Source of the DNA: Cyanidioschyzon merolae
Taxonomy: Eukaryota
Direction: 5' to 3' (one strand)
DNA: 64,000 bases
Assembly: GCA_000091205.1 (NCBI GenBank)
Contig: AP006488.2
Part shown: in pieces, positions 52,781-63,350 of the stretch
Layout of the letters: every line of letters begins with the position of its first letter
Numbering within the stretch: the first letter of the stretch is position 1
Made by a program: the position numbers and the translations under genes
The notes under the pieces: generated by a model
Told to the model about the DNA's origin: nothing
The model's input: the letters and a program-made list of their open reading frames with translations, nothing else
The model's database searches: none

Positions 52781-54718
52781 CTAGGATTCGCCGGAATCGT
52801 CGCGTGACAACAACTCGGTCACAAGACGTTGCGTCAGGGCCGGATCCAGACGACCATCGCCGCGTTTCATCACCTGTCCGACAAAAAACCCTGCAAGCTT
52901 GGTTTTCCCTTGCCTGTACGCCTGCACATTTTCGGGATGTTCACGCATGACTTGTCGAATGAGATCCGCAATTACGGATTCACTTCGGATCTGTGTCTTG
53001 CCTTGCTTTTCAACGAGGTCACGCACCGAACTGCAGGGCTCCTCCATGAGCTCTGGGAGGATTTCCTTGGCGATCTTCCCGCTAATCGTCCCGTCCTCAA
53101 TCAGCAGAATGAGTTCTGCGAGCACGCTCGGCGTCAGTGCTGTCTCCTGGATAGAGCGCGCCTGCGGTTTCTGTTTGATCAGGGCGGCGATGTCGCCGGT
53201 GATCCAGTTTGCAGCCGCTTTCGCTCGATCGATCAGCATGCGAGGATCCAGACCCTCGACAGCAAGATGTCCGACGGTGTCCTCAAAAAAGAAAGCTGTC
53301 GCTGGTTCTGCAGTGAGCACTCCTGCATCATAAGGTGTAAGGCCTAATGCTGACGTATAACGCAAGCGTTTCTCTGCAGGTAGCTCTGGCAGACTCGCTT
53401 TCCAAGCATCAACCTGAGCTTGCTCTAGAAGAATCGGCGGAATGTCAGGTTCCGGAAAATAACGGTAGTCAGATGCACCTTCCTTGATACGCAACACCTT
53501 CGTAGCCTGTTCACGCTCATCCCATAGACGCGTCTCCTGGCGAACCGTTCCATTGCCATCAAGCATGGCCGCTTGCCGAAGAATTTCGTAATCGACTGCT
53601 CGCTCGATTGCATTGAAGGAGTTCAGGTTTTTCAGCTCTACCTTGGTCCCGAGTGCATCATCCGACCTGACACCAGACAATCCACGAGGTCTAATCGAGA
53701 CGTTCACGTCGACACGAAGCGAGCCGTCCTGCATATTGCAGTCGCTGATCGCTGCGTATCGTAGGACGCGCTGCAGCTCCTCGCCGAAGGCGGCCGCTTC
53801 AGCCCCGGACTCCATATCCGGCCCTGTAACGATCTCCAACAACGGAACGCCAGCTCGATTGTGATCTATCAGAGAGTATTTTGCTTCGTGTGCCCCAGGG
53901 TCCTGACCCGGGATTTCATCTGGCTCCTCTTCTGCAGTTTGTGAATGGAACATTTTCGCCGAATCCTCCTCCATATGTGCACGACGGATATGTACGCGCT
54001 TGCCCGAGGACGGCAGCTCCAGGTATCCGTTCTCGGCGATGGGCATATCGTACTGGCTTATTTGGTAGTTTTTCGGCGTGTCGGCGTAGAAGTAGTTTTT
54101 CCGATCGAACTTGGTCCTCAGCGCTATCCTGCAGTGCAGAGCCAGGCCGGCTTTGACAGCCAGTTCGACCACGTTCTGGTTCAGCGCCGGTAGCGTTCCA
54201 GGCTGGCCGGTGCATACAGGGCATATATGGGTGTTCGGCCCCGGCGCTTGTTCGCAACTGCAACCACAGTACGCTTTCGTCCTTGTAGCGAGTTGAACGT
54301 GTACTTCGACACCAACGGTTGCAGCGTACCGTTCTAAAACGCGATCGATTGCCTCGGCGCCCTTACGTCGACGACCAGCTGCACCGGACTTTGGACGTTG
54401 CCCTGTGGCGCTGGCTAATAGGGAAGCGGCCGCACGCTCTGAATGAGGGCGTGCTGCTGCTGCTGCTGCCGGCCCGAGAACGTTCTCGTTCGGACACACC
54501 TTCAGCAGCGCTCGATATCCAACGAACGACCAGAGTGCCCGGCAAGGTTGCACAAATCCAGTGCGTCTATGGCGCGCTGCACTGATCCAGTCCATCTGAG
54601 AAGCGTTCGTCGTGCGGTGCTCAGTTTGCAACGCGAAGCCAGTGTACCGGAAGGCGTTGCGAATGAATGGAGCGCATTGCGGTTGCGCATTGCACGCGGC
54701 ACGCCTCGCGATACCCAT
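52781..54718 (-). CDS. GATB: Glutamyl-tRNA(Gln) amidotransferase subunit B (GatB/PET112), probable mitochondrial form with ~130-aa N-terminal extension
   Basis: VGVEVHVQLATRTKAYCGCS…ICPVCTGQPGTLP…KFDRKNYFYADTPKNYQISQYD…VRIRRAHMEEDSAKM… is collinear with GatB through to the C-terminal YqeY-like domain. The N-terminus is Arg/Ala-rich. Confidence 0.85.
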   Translation of the reverse strand: MGIARRAACNAQPQCAPFIRNAFRYTGFALQTEHRTTNASQMDWISAARHRRTGFVQPCRALWSFVGYRALLKVCPNENVLGPAAAAAARPHSERAAASLLASATGQRPKSGAAGRRRKGAEAIDRVLERYAATVGVEVHVQLATRTKAYCGCSCEQAPGPNTHICPVCTGQPGTLPALNQNVVELAVKAGLALHCRIALRTKFDRKNYFYADTPKNYQISQYDMPIAENGYLELPSSGKRVHIRRAHMEEDSAKMFHSQTAEEEPDEIPGQDPGAHEAKYSLIDHNRAGVPLLEIVTGPDMESGAEAAAFGEELQRVLRYAAISDCNMQDGSLRVDVNVSIRPRGLSGVRSDDALGTKVELKNLNSFNAIERAVDYEILRQAAMLDGNGTVRQETRLWDEREQATKVLRIKEGASDYRYFPEPDIPPILLEQAQVDAWKASLPELPAEKRLRYTSALGLTPYDAGVLTAEPATAFFFEDTVGHLAVEGLDPRMLIDRAKAAANWITGDIAALIKQKPQARSIQETALTPSVLAELILLIEDGTISGKIAKEILPELMEEPCSSVRDLVEKQGKTQIRSESVIADLIRQVMREHPENVQAYRQGKTKLAGFFVGQVMKRGDGRLDPALTQRLVTELLSRDDSGES

Positions 54719-54796
54719 GAGGATGCAAACGGTAGGGGGAAGTGCTGGAACTTTTCCCTCAGTAGGGATGTTTATGACTTTTTGAATCGAAGTATG

Positions 54797-55150
54797 GGAA
54801 TGCTATGTGCAGTGCAAAGATCCGGGCTCATAGATTCGTAGATCGTTGAATGCTATGTGCAGTGCAAAGATCCGGGCTCATAGATTCGTAGATCGTTGAA
54901 TGCTATGTGCAGTGCAAAGATCCGGGCTCATAGATTCGTAGATCGTTGAATGCTATGTGCAGTGCAAAGATCCGGGCTCATAGATTCGTAGATGGTTGAA
55001 TGCTATGTGCAGTGCAAAGATCCGGGCTCATAGATTCGTAGATGGTTGAATGCTATGTGCAGTGCAAAGATCCGGGCTCATAGATTCTTAGATGGTTGAA
55101 TGCTATGTGCAGTGCAAAGATCCGGGCTCATAGATTCTTAGATGGTTCAA
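54797..55150. repeat. 50-bp tandem repeat x7 immediately 5' of GatB
   Basis: The unit tgaatgctatgtgcagtgcaaagatccgggctcatagattcgtagatcgt has period exactly 50. Later copies carry gatcgt->gatggt and cgtag->cttag variants. Confidence 0.9.
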
Positions 55151-57730
55151 GGATTTACGATTGTGTCTGCGGACAAGCGCTTTCGACGCGTTGCTGCTGG
55201 CAGCGTTGACCTGGTCGGCATCAACATGCTTGGCGACACCCTCGAACAAGCGCTGGTAAAACTTCCGAACGCATGATCCAAGTGAATGCGTACATGGCTT
55301 TGCGGCGCTCTGTTCCTTCGATATACGGTCCTGGAATCAGGTATTCTTCCAGTTTTCGATTATTCCGTTTCACGAGGACTCGTGAGGTACAGGTATTCGC
55401 GACGCGGGATGGACGAGGAAACATATTCAGCATGGTCTTTTGAGCGCTATTTCACGAGCTTGTTCAGAAATCTTCTCGACATTCCCTTTTTGCATCAGCG
55501 ATCCAGTTTGGGAGAATTTCGTGCGTCTCTCTGTGGTGATCGATGAAACCGCATTTCACATGAGCAGCTGGATATCTCTAAAAGGATACGAGCCCAGAGA
55601 TTTCCGTGGCTTTTGATTGTGCGGAAACGGGTCCTGGGTACGGGCTTGAATCATCCCAGCGATCATATTAAGTGACGCGTCCGATACGATTTGCATAAAG
55701 GACGCGGATACGGATGAACGAATTCCGACTTGCTTTCCAGTTCGACAGTTCTTTTCGAAAATTCTTCCATGATAGGTAGCATCTCGTTTTAAAATGCTGT
55801 ATTGAAGCGAATAGCATGCGGCTTCGCGTGCCTTGCAGAGAGCACTTTTCGAAAGGCTAGCCCCGAACAAGCTGGTGTTCGAGGGGTACAGCCCCAGGCG
55901 CTGCTCCTGGAGATTTCATCAAGGCGCGTCTTCTGTGGCCGTCATGGGCATCAGCCAAACGATGCAGCAAGCGTCCACGCGTCGTAGAGCATCCAATGGA
56001 GGTTAAGGATAGGTGAACACATCGGTATACCTGCATTCAGTCACGGGTTATCAATACGAGGCGTGCGCCGAACTTGTATACGTAGACGACGACATTGCCT
56101 GGGAAAACGCAGATCGCAACGAATGTCCTTTTCCCGTGATATGCATCGGCAATAGTTGAGAATTCCTAAAATCGACACGTGAATCTTTGCACCAACAGCT
56201 TCCGACTGCTCGTTACAGACCGAGATGAGAACTGGAGACCGCTGTATCTAAATTATGAGGTACGAGAGAAAAATGAAAAAGCTGAAGACAAAGAACGACA
56301 TGGATGATTTTGATCACTGCAGGAAGATGCTCAAACATCACTGTATCCGTATGAGCCAAGATGCGCTGTTCCCATTTCATTCTGAAGTCGGTTTAGCATT
56401 GCGGAGAGCGCATGAGACACGCTCTATATGTGGATGATCGCTCGATCAAGAGCAGGGTCTTTTATGAAAAACTTGCACCATCTTTGTGGAATACCTTTGC
56501 ACGCGAATTGTGCAGAGCATTTTGTTTTGCGTTCATCGGTATGATTCCGCTCTTCCTCGATGGAACACCATTTCAGAATATTCAGATCCTGAGCGCATGT
56601 CCGGAGATTTTATTATATTCTTCTGCAGACCAGAAGCTGTTGTACTTCAAAGGCTTTCGGAGAGATTCCGAACCCTTCAAACGAGCACGGGACGGCGCCG
56701 ACTGCCGTTCGTCTGCGAATACCCATGCAAAACGCAACCCGAGAAACGCGCCAACAACCTGCACGCGACGGAACCGCAGTTCGACGCCGCAGCGAACTGC
56801 ACCATCTCAAGGCAGTGCAGGCGAGCCCTGCTCTGAGCAAATCAAACCTGGAATCCCGAGCCGAAGCCCGCATTGGTATAGCAAAGCCGCTCTGTCTCCG
56901 GTTTGCATCCGCAGCGGCGCTATTGGTGCTACCGCAGACGCTCACGGCGGGCTCGTCGCACGATAGCGTGTAAAACATAACCACTGCATCCGAGCCAAGT
57001 ACATGGAGTCTAAATTGAATATAGGTGGAACAGTGGATGCTTTTCTAATCGCTGATATTCAGGGCCCAATCGGGGATGCCTGGTCCATGTAAACTGTCCG
57101 TCAAGCGAGGAATCCCACCGACAAGCCGCATAATAAGAGGCGACAATCGAGCTGCACTGCCACTGAACGTACGAAAGTGCGCTAAAAACTCCAGTGCGCA
57201 TGTCGTAGCCTTCAAAGCCGCTTGATGCGTCGATTCTGCGGGAATCCGCCGGGTCACCGCGCGCTTTCAGGACTCGGGACACGTATGACCCGTACCAGTC
57301 GATGGGTTGCTCATCAGCGCTCATCCACATCGGCCTAGAATAGACAAGTGTACCTTGACTACGCTCAGCACAACACGGCTTGCCTGAAAAAGTCAGAAGC
57401 GGCACTGGTCCTGGTACGTGCTCGCTGTGTGCTCTTGAGCGACCACCAGTCATGCAACTGCGCAAAGTATGCGTACGGAGCGCAGCGAATCCATTCAGCT
57501 TGTGCTGTAAACTAGATGCGTCCAGAGCTTCGCGCCACACGAAGCCTTTTCCGGGCCAAAACCAGCAACGATGCCATCTCGTGTTGCATGCGATAAACTG
57601 GGGCGTGCTGCTTCACAGCGCGTACAAATCGAGTTCGTGTATACGCCGGTCTACCTGCAAGCGAACAGCAGCTGACCAAGCACGCCCTACCCTGTGCCGT
57701 ACGGGATTCGCATTATTCGCAGGCATTCGG

Positions 57731-59224
57731 CTATTGCTCGAGGATAAATTCCTGAACAGGGCGTCCAAGGTGGCGCGCTATGGTACCGTTACTGTCTCGC
57801 GCCGGTCGATGCACCAAAACCTGATGCTGTCCTCTATTCAGACTTGTCACCGCAACATTCCCGTGCTGACTAGAGGACGTACCTGAGGTCGTGGGCATCG
57901 CGAAGCGCACAGTCTCCGCGTTCTGGACGATGACGTTCCCGGCGATGTCGCCGCTCCACGATTCCGTCTTGTTGCCGGCAGCGGCACCCGTACCGTCCGC
58001 ATGGAGACTTAGCTGCACGAGTAGCAACGGACGACGCTCGATTTTCGCTCGTCCAAGCGTTACAGAGCGACTTCGACCCGAGCGGGCGTCCACCGCAAGG
58101 AGTTCATCGCCAGCTCGCAGCTCGCAGAGATACTTGGTCGAGCCATCGGGGACAAGGATGTACGAATGGACGGCACCGGCATTCACGCGAAAAGGCCTAC
58201 TAGCAACGTATGGGTTCTGAGCAGCTTCGCTGAGCACCAGGGCCAGAGTGGAGGCGCTGGAGCCCACCAGAAACCCTTCGTGAAACGCCAGCAGCGAACA
58301 GGTGTCAAGACAAACACGCTCGCCAACACCAGCTTCGCGCACGTCCACAACCACAGCTGGATCCAATACGAGACTGTTTTCGAGCCGTTGATAACGATTG
58401 CGTAGACTAGCGAAGGATTCAACGGCGCTGGCGCTCCCTGTGGCCAGAATAACGCCATGGACACCGCGCTCTAAGCTTGCAAGCTGTGCCTCAGCCATGC
58501 CCGTCGTCGACACGACAACGAGTATACTCGTTTGTCTCTGATACGCTACGCTGACCAGATTTTCAACGGGTATGAGTTCCCAGTCTTTCGTTTCAACCAT
58601 GACAATAGAGCGGCAAGGCAGGTTTTCTTCCAGAGCGTGCACATCTTCCGCGGACTGCAGTTCGTAAAATACTGCGTATGTAGCACCGGTGCGCTGCTCC
58701 CGCACCAATCGTGGACAGGTTCCGTGTGCTACAATATATCGTGCATCAGTGGTTGGCTCTTTCCACTCTCCCCAGGTTGTCGCATGCTCGTGTACCAGAA
58801 CGGGAAAAGCGAGGTCCACTGCACGCGCGTATGCCTCTTGAGTGGCAGGCATAACCCAGAATGAACGCGAACTTGACGATAGTGCGTGATCCGCGCGACG
58901 CAAAGCGGCTCCGTCTGCGTAGGTCTCTGCAACCTCCTGGATGAACTGAAGGGAACAGGCACCCAGAGAGTGCCTCTGTGAGCGTTCGACAGTCCGTCGA
59001 CAGCGCCCGACGTGCCGGTGTCGCGGGCCCAGCAGCCTTGATCCAGTGTCTGGGTTCCTTGTGAACTTCCGTGGATGCGATTCTACATAAAATCCTGTTC
59101 GAGTCGGAGCGTGTGCTCTCAGAGAGCGAGCTGTCGACCAAAGAGCGGTTGCAGCGGCGCCACCGCTCCACGAACACCTTGAGAAGCTCGGCGGACACAA
59201 CCAGGAAACTGCTTGCGACGACAT
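57731..59224 (-). CDS. 3-dehydroquinate synthase type II (archaeal-type DHQS, aroB' / PF01959 family) with ~100-aa N-terminal extension
   Basis: [104 protein letters not shown]…[10 protein letters not shown] is collinear with Methanocaldococcus-type DHQS II (…RVCIDTCSLM..GEGMLIGS…[27 protein letters not shown]…KYLSELKAGDKVLIVD…GRVKIERRPLVLIEA…ILQNAETIRL). Confidence 0.7.
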   Translation of the reverse strand: [497 protein letters not shown]

Positions 59225-60077
59225 GCCAAGAAACTAGGTCACAAGTCCGTACCTTGACCTTTTTCCACCTCGCAATAAGGGAAGAGCACCCACCCGTCTC
59301 ACAGAGAGGCAAACGAGCTTGCTATCCCTTATTGTTTTACGCGTATGAAGGGTATATCAGCTGATGCTCCAGCGTACTGGTAAACGCAGCGGTACAGCTA
59401 CCACCGCCACCAGGAACGTTTTGCACCTGTTCAAGAACTCTTTTCCTCGACGAGGCAAGCTGTGTTGCGAAACTGGTGTTGCTGGTGCTGCGCTCTTGGA
59501 GCAATAAAGCGGTGGACGCTGCTGACTCGGGCGTGTTGCTGTTCGGCTCCGGGCTGGAAGGACGCCAGCGGGAAAGCACCTCCGGTGGAGTGCTGGGCAA
59601 CGCAACCGCACTTGTACGCAGTCACTTTCAAGGGAGAGTCTGCTCTCGGTGTGTACCGCTTGGGCTCGCTACACCGCCTTTCTAGAGTGCACGCAAGCGT
59701 CGTCGTCAGCAACGGTACTTGATCGGTGCTGAAAACGTTGCATCAGTGGTAGAGTGGCGCTCCCGTTGGCGCACTTCCGTGACTCTCACCTGAATACGCA
59801 CGTTTCTCTTTTTGAACACCAGGTCCGCGCAGTGGTATACACAAATCTCACTATACCTGATCCGAGTCGGCGGCAGCTGCGGTGGGGCAAGCCCTGCGGG
59901 TGACGGCACCAGGCGGCTTCTCCGACCACAACGTGTGCGCTGGGCGCTCTCGTCCAACGTTAGGCGAGCAAACGAGCACAAGGAGCCACCGAGGATCCAC
60001 CAGGATAGAATTCGCAACGAAGTTCACAGCGCTTCATTCTTACTCGTGAGTCGCAAGGCGCTCTCCACCCCAGCCAC

Positions 60078-61919
60078 ATGCACACAGCGACCAGCGGTGC
60101 GTTCGCATGCCTGCACCAGCGGACGCTGCCTCTGGATACCGTCTGCGTTGCAGCCTGGTCTCCTGTTGCGGACCTGCTCGCGCTGGTCTTTGCTCCGGCT
60201 TCAGTGGTCATTTTGCGCTTGAACTGGGAGCTCGTCGGTGTCTGGCGTCCAAGCGAAGCATCAGCAGGTGACTCAATACCGAAAGTCACCTGCCTCTGCT
60301 GGTCGCCGCATGAGCCCAGGCTCCTGCTCGGCCAGTCTGATGGGACACTCACCCTGCTCTCCGTGGAGCATATGCAGTGTATGACCATATACGAGGCCGA
60401 CGATGAGCCGTTCGACGTCCAGTATGGCGGATGGAAGCGACTCGTTTGGATACCGCTGACAGATCGGAAGGAGAGCAGTCTCGCGTTGGGCGTTCGTGAG
60501 CATGGCGCCGATATCTTCATCTTCATCGAAGGTCTGTACGCCTGTGGAATGTTCGACCTGGCGCGCCTCGGCTCAGTGGAAGACTTTACAACGTCGGAGG
60601 ATACGCGATACCTGGCTGCGCTAGGAGCCGGAAACACCCTTCTGATCGGTGCTTTAGATGAGGTGCGTCCTCGGTTTCACGAATGGGGACGCTTCGCGCA
60701 CTGGAGCGTGCAAACTCGCGAGCGCATTTTCCAGTTGCAGCTCGCCACCCAGGGCATCCAGGAGCACTGGCAAGCCACTGCTCGTGTGATGTATCAAGTC
60801 CTCGATACGCTCACGGAAACGCTGGTCCGGTACCGCCCCGAAGCGGATAGGGCGACTGCGTTTCGGGAACTGCTTCTGTTGGCATACGGGATGGCGCCAG
60901 CGCCAGCCGTACGGGACTGGCTTGCGAATACCATGTCGGAGTCTAATCAGCGAAGCTGCAGTCGGACGGTGGTGACCAGCCTCAGGGCGTGTGTTGAGAT
61001 CGCCCGTACCCAGCTGCTACCGCTTTTGAATGCACTTCTGGCGCAGGTCGCTGGGTTACCGGACGCGGGGCCCGCTTTTACAGCCGAGACCAAGGCGTGC
61101 TGGCGGCTGGGACACGGCATTGCGCTAATGCTGCAACGATTTCGACCGCTTTATGTTATGTTTTGGAGCTGGCTCGCTGGACGATCTGATGAAAACCTGC
61201 GGCTCGTGGTTGATCGCGAAAAAATTGAAGCGCTCTTTCGAGAGCGTTTCTTCGGGGTTGCGGATATGGATGCGCAGTTGGAATCCTTCACTCGGGCGCT
61301 CATGACCCTTGAAACGAGACTGAACGATCTAGCACGGCATCATCAGTCCAGACGTTGGCCGTTGAAGACTGCGGTCTCCGCATCGATACCTCAGAGCACT
61401 GGGGAGCCGTCCTCGCTACAACCACTACTACAGCGGCAGCGACTAAGACCTATGGTGCGCTGGCTCCCGTCGATGGCAAGTTTCCAGGTCTGCACCGAAA
61501 GCGGAGACCTCTGGCTAATCTCTACCCAAGGGACGGTTGCGTTATCATTCTCGATTCGATATCTGATACAAAGCTCATCTGAAACAAGTTTCGTTCGGGT
61601 TGCATGGTACCGCGACCCCAAGATCTGTGTCTTGACTTCCGCGGGGCTCTGGTGTTTGACGAGCGTGAAAACAGGCGATGCATCGCCGCCTCGCGCAACG
61701 GAAAGTCATGACCTCTTTCGAGCGTTAGAGCTCACTGCACCCGCATCATCAACATCATCGTTCGGGAGCGCATTCCCAGAAGTGCTTCAAATCCCAGCTC
61801 TTGTCTGCGGAATTACACGCGGATTGGCATGCATCTTCGCAAGTGCTTCCCGAGTCCTGGTCTTTGACCTCGAGGACAGCGATGTAGATGCGGATGCGGC
61901 GACTGAGGCGCTGCCCTGA
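60078..61919 (+). CDS. WD40-domain protein, probable anaphase-promoting complex subunit 4 (APC4)-like
   Basis: The N-terminus (…VCVAAWSPVADLLALVF…VTCLCWSPHEPRLLLGQSDGTLTLL…) resembles the APC4 WD40 domain. It is followed by a long helical region. The assignment is by overall architecture only. Confidence 0.4.
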   Translation: MHTATSGAFACLHQRTLPLDTVCVAAWSPVADLLALVFAPASVVILRLNWELVGVWRPSEASAGDSIPKVTCLCWSPHEPRLLLGQSDGTLTLLSVEHMQCMTIYEADDEPFDVQYGGWKRLVWIPLTDRKESSLALGVREHGADIFIFIEGLYACGMFDLARLGSVEDFTTSEDTRYLAALGAGNTLLIGALDEVRPRFHEWGRFAHWSVQTRERIFQLQLATQGIQEHWQATARVMYQVLDTLTETLVRYRPEADRATAFRELLLLAYGMAPAPAVRDWLANTMSESNQRSCSRTVVTSLRACVEIARTQLLPLLNALLAQVAGLPDAGPAFTAETKACWRLGHGIALMLQRFRPLYVMFWSWLAGRSDENLRLVVDREKIEALFRERFFGVADMDAQLESFTRALMTLETRLNDLARHHQSRRWPLKTAVSASIPQSTGEPSSLQPLLQRQRLRPMVRWLPSMASFQVCTESGDLWLISTQGTVALSFSIRYLIQSSSETSFVRVAWYRDPKICVLTSAGLWCLTSVKTGDASPPRATESHDLFRALELTAPASSTSSFGSAFPEVLQIPALVCGITRGLACIFASASRVLVFDLEDSDVDADAATEALP

Positions 61920-62160
61920 GGTTTTCTGAAGCATACCTCGCCCGTCGCGCTCAGACACGACTGGATCTTCGCAACCTGTTCGCTGCGTTCGCTGGGGACA
62001 AGGGCGCCTTGGTGGCAACCGGCCCGCAAGTTGACACACTCAATCGACGCATGCGACATGCTGTCGGTCTTGTCTGCTGCAGGCACCAGATCCCTTCGCG
62101 TTCGAAAGAGACGGGGGCCATGGCGACGCCCACAATCGTTGCCTTCGACTCAGTTGGTTA

Positions 62161-62799
62161 TCAACAGCAACCGCCGCTTTGGCTGACCTGCTCGGTTTCG
62201 GCCCGCACATCCACACCAGAGCGGCTGGTTCCAGCACCACTGCCTTTGGCGAGTGCCAGGTTCCCTGTGCGGTTTCGGATCTCTTTCGTCATCATGACAA
62301 ACGCTTCCTCCACGTGATCCGCCGTCTTTGCGCTTGTCTCAATGTACGGAATGCCCAGTCTTTGCGCAAGCTCCTCGGCCTGCTGGCGGGTGACAACCCT
62401 CTGCTCCGTCAGGTCCGTCTTATTCCCCACGAGAAGCTTGCAGACCGATTCGCTCGCGTAGTTTTCAATCTCAGAAATCCAAGACGTAACATTCTTAAAG
62501 CTCTCTTCGTCGGTCACGTCAAAGACGATGATGATGCCGTGCGCCCCGCGGTAGTAGGACGAGGTGATCGTCCGGAAGCGCTCTTGCCCAGCGGTGTCCC
62601 AGATCTGCAGTTTGACGACTTTACCGTCCTCGAACTGCAGCGACTTGATCTTAAAGTCGACACCGATCGTCGACATGAACGAGTCCGAAAACGAACCTTC
62701 CGCAAAACGCAACAATAAACAGCTCTTACCGACACCACTGTCCCCAATGAGGAGCAGTTTGAACAAGTAGTCAAAGTCTGTTGTGCTCATCACGAACAC
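62161..62799 (-). CDS. RAB1: Rab1/Ypt1-family small GTPase (start possibly at Met-4, nt 62790)
   Basis: [22 protein letters not shown] (P-loop), [11 protein letters not shown] (effector), [42 protein letters not shown] and a C-terminal GGCC prenylation motif. Confidence 0.9.
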   Translation of the reverse strand: MFVMSTTDFDYLFKLLLIGDSGVGKSCLLLRFAEGSFSDSFMSTIGVDFKIKSLQFEDGKVVKLQIWDTAGQERFRTITSSYYRGAHGIIIVFDVTDEESFKNVTSWISEIENYASESVCKLLVGNKTDLTEQRVVTRQQAEELAQRLGIPYIETSAKTADHVEEAFVMMTKEIRNRTGNLALAKGSGAGTSRSGVDVRAETEQVSQSGGCC

Positions 62800-63014
62800 T
62801 TCTCGAAGTACAAGTGCTCAAAGCGCTTTCGAACCCAGACCCCCAAAAAGGACGATACCACAAACGTGGTCGCTATTCGCAAACCGCCCAGAAACGTCAC
62901 AGGCAACGAGCGTTCAGGTCTTTCTGGCAGGTTTCCGTACCGCGCAGGGACAACCGTCGTAACACCTTGCGCAGCGCGCCGCATATCGAGGCGATTGCAC
63001 CTGCGCGCGCGAAA

Positions 63015-63350
63015 ACGTATACACGGATACGTATACACGGATACGTATACACGGATACGTATACACGGATACGTATACACGGATACGTATACACGGATAC
63101 GTATACACGCATACGTATACACGGATAAGTATACACGGATACGTATACACGGATACGTATACACGGATAAGTATACACGGATACGTATACACGGATACGT
63201 ATACACGGATAAGTATACACGGATAAGTATACACGGATAAGTATACACGGATACGTATACACGGATACGTATACACGGATACGTATACACGGATAAGTAT
63301 ACACGGATACGTATACACGGATAAGTATACACGCATACGTACACACGGAT
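63015..63350. repeat. 14-bp tandem array (TACACGGATACGTA)n, ~24 copies with ACGGATAAGTATAC variants, ~215 bp 5' of the Rab1 start
   Basis: Visible as a perfect 14-nt periodicity over ~335 bp. Each unit contains the palindromes GTATAC and TACGTA. Confidence 0.9.

Noticed and set aside
54797-55150. Regular 50-bp repeats considered as a CRISPR array.
   Set aside because: The units are directly contiguous with no unique spacers. The context is eukaryotic nuclear DNA. It is a minisatellite.
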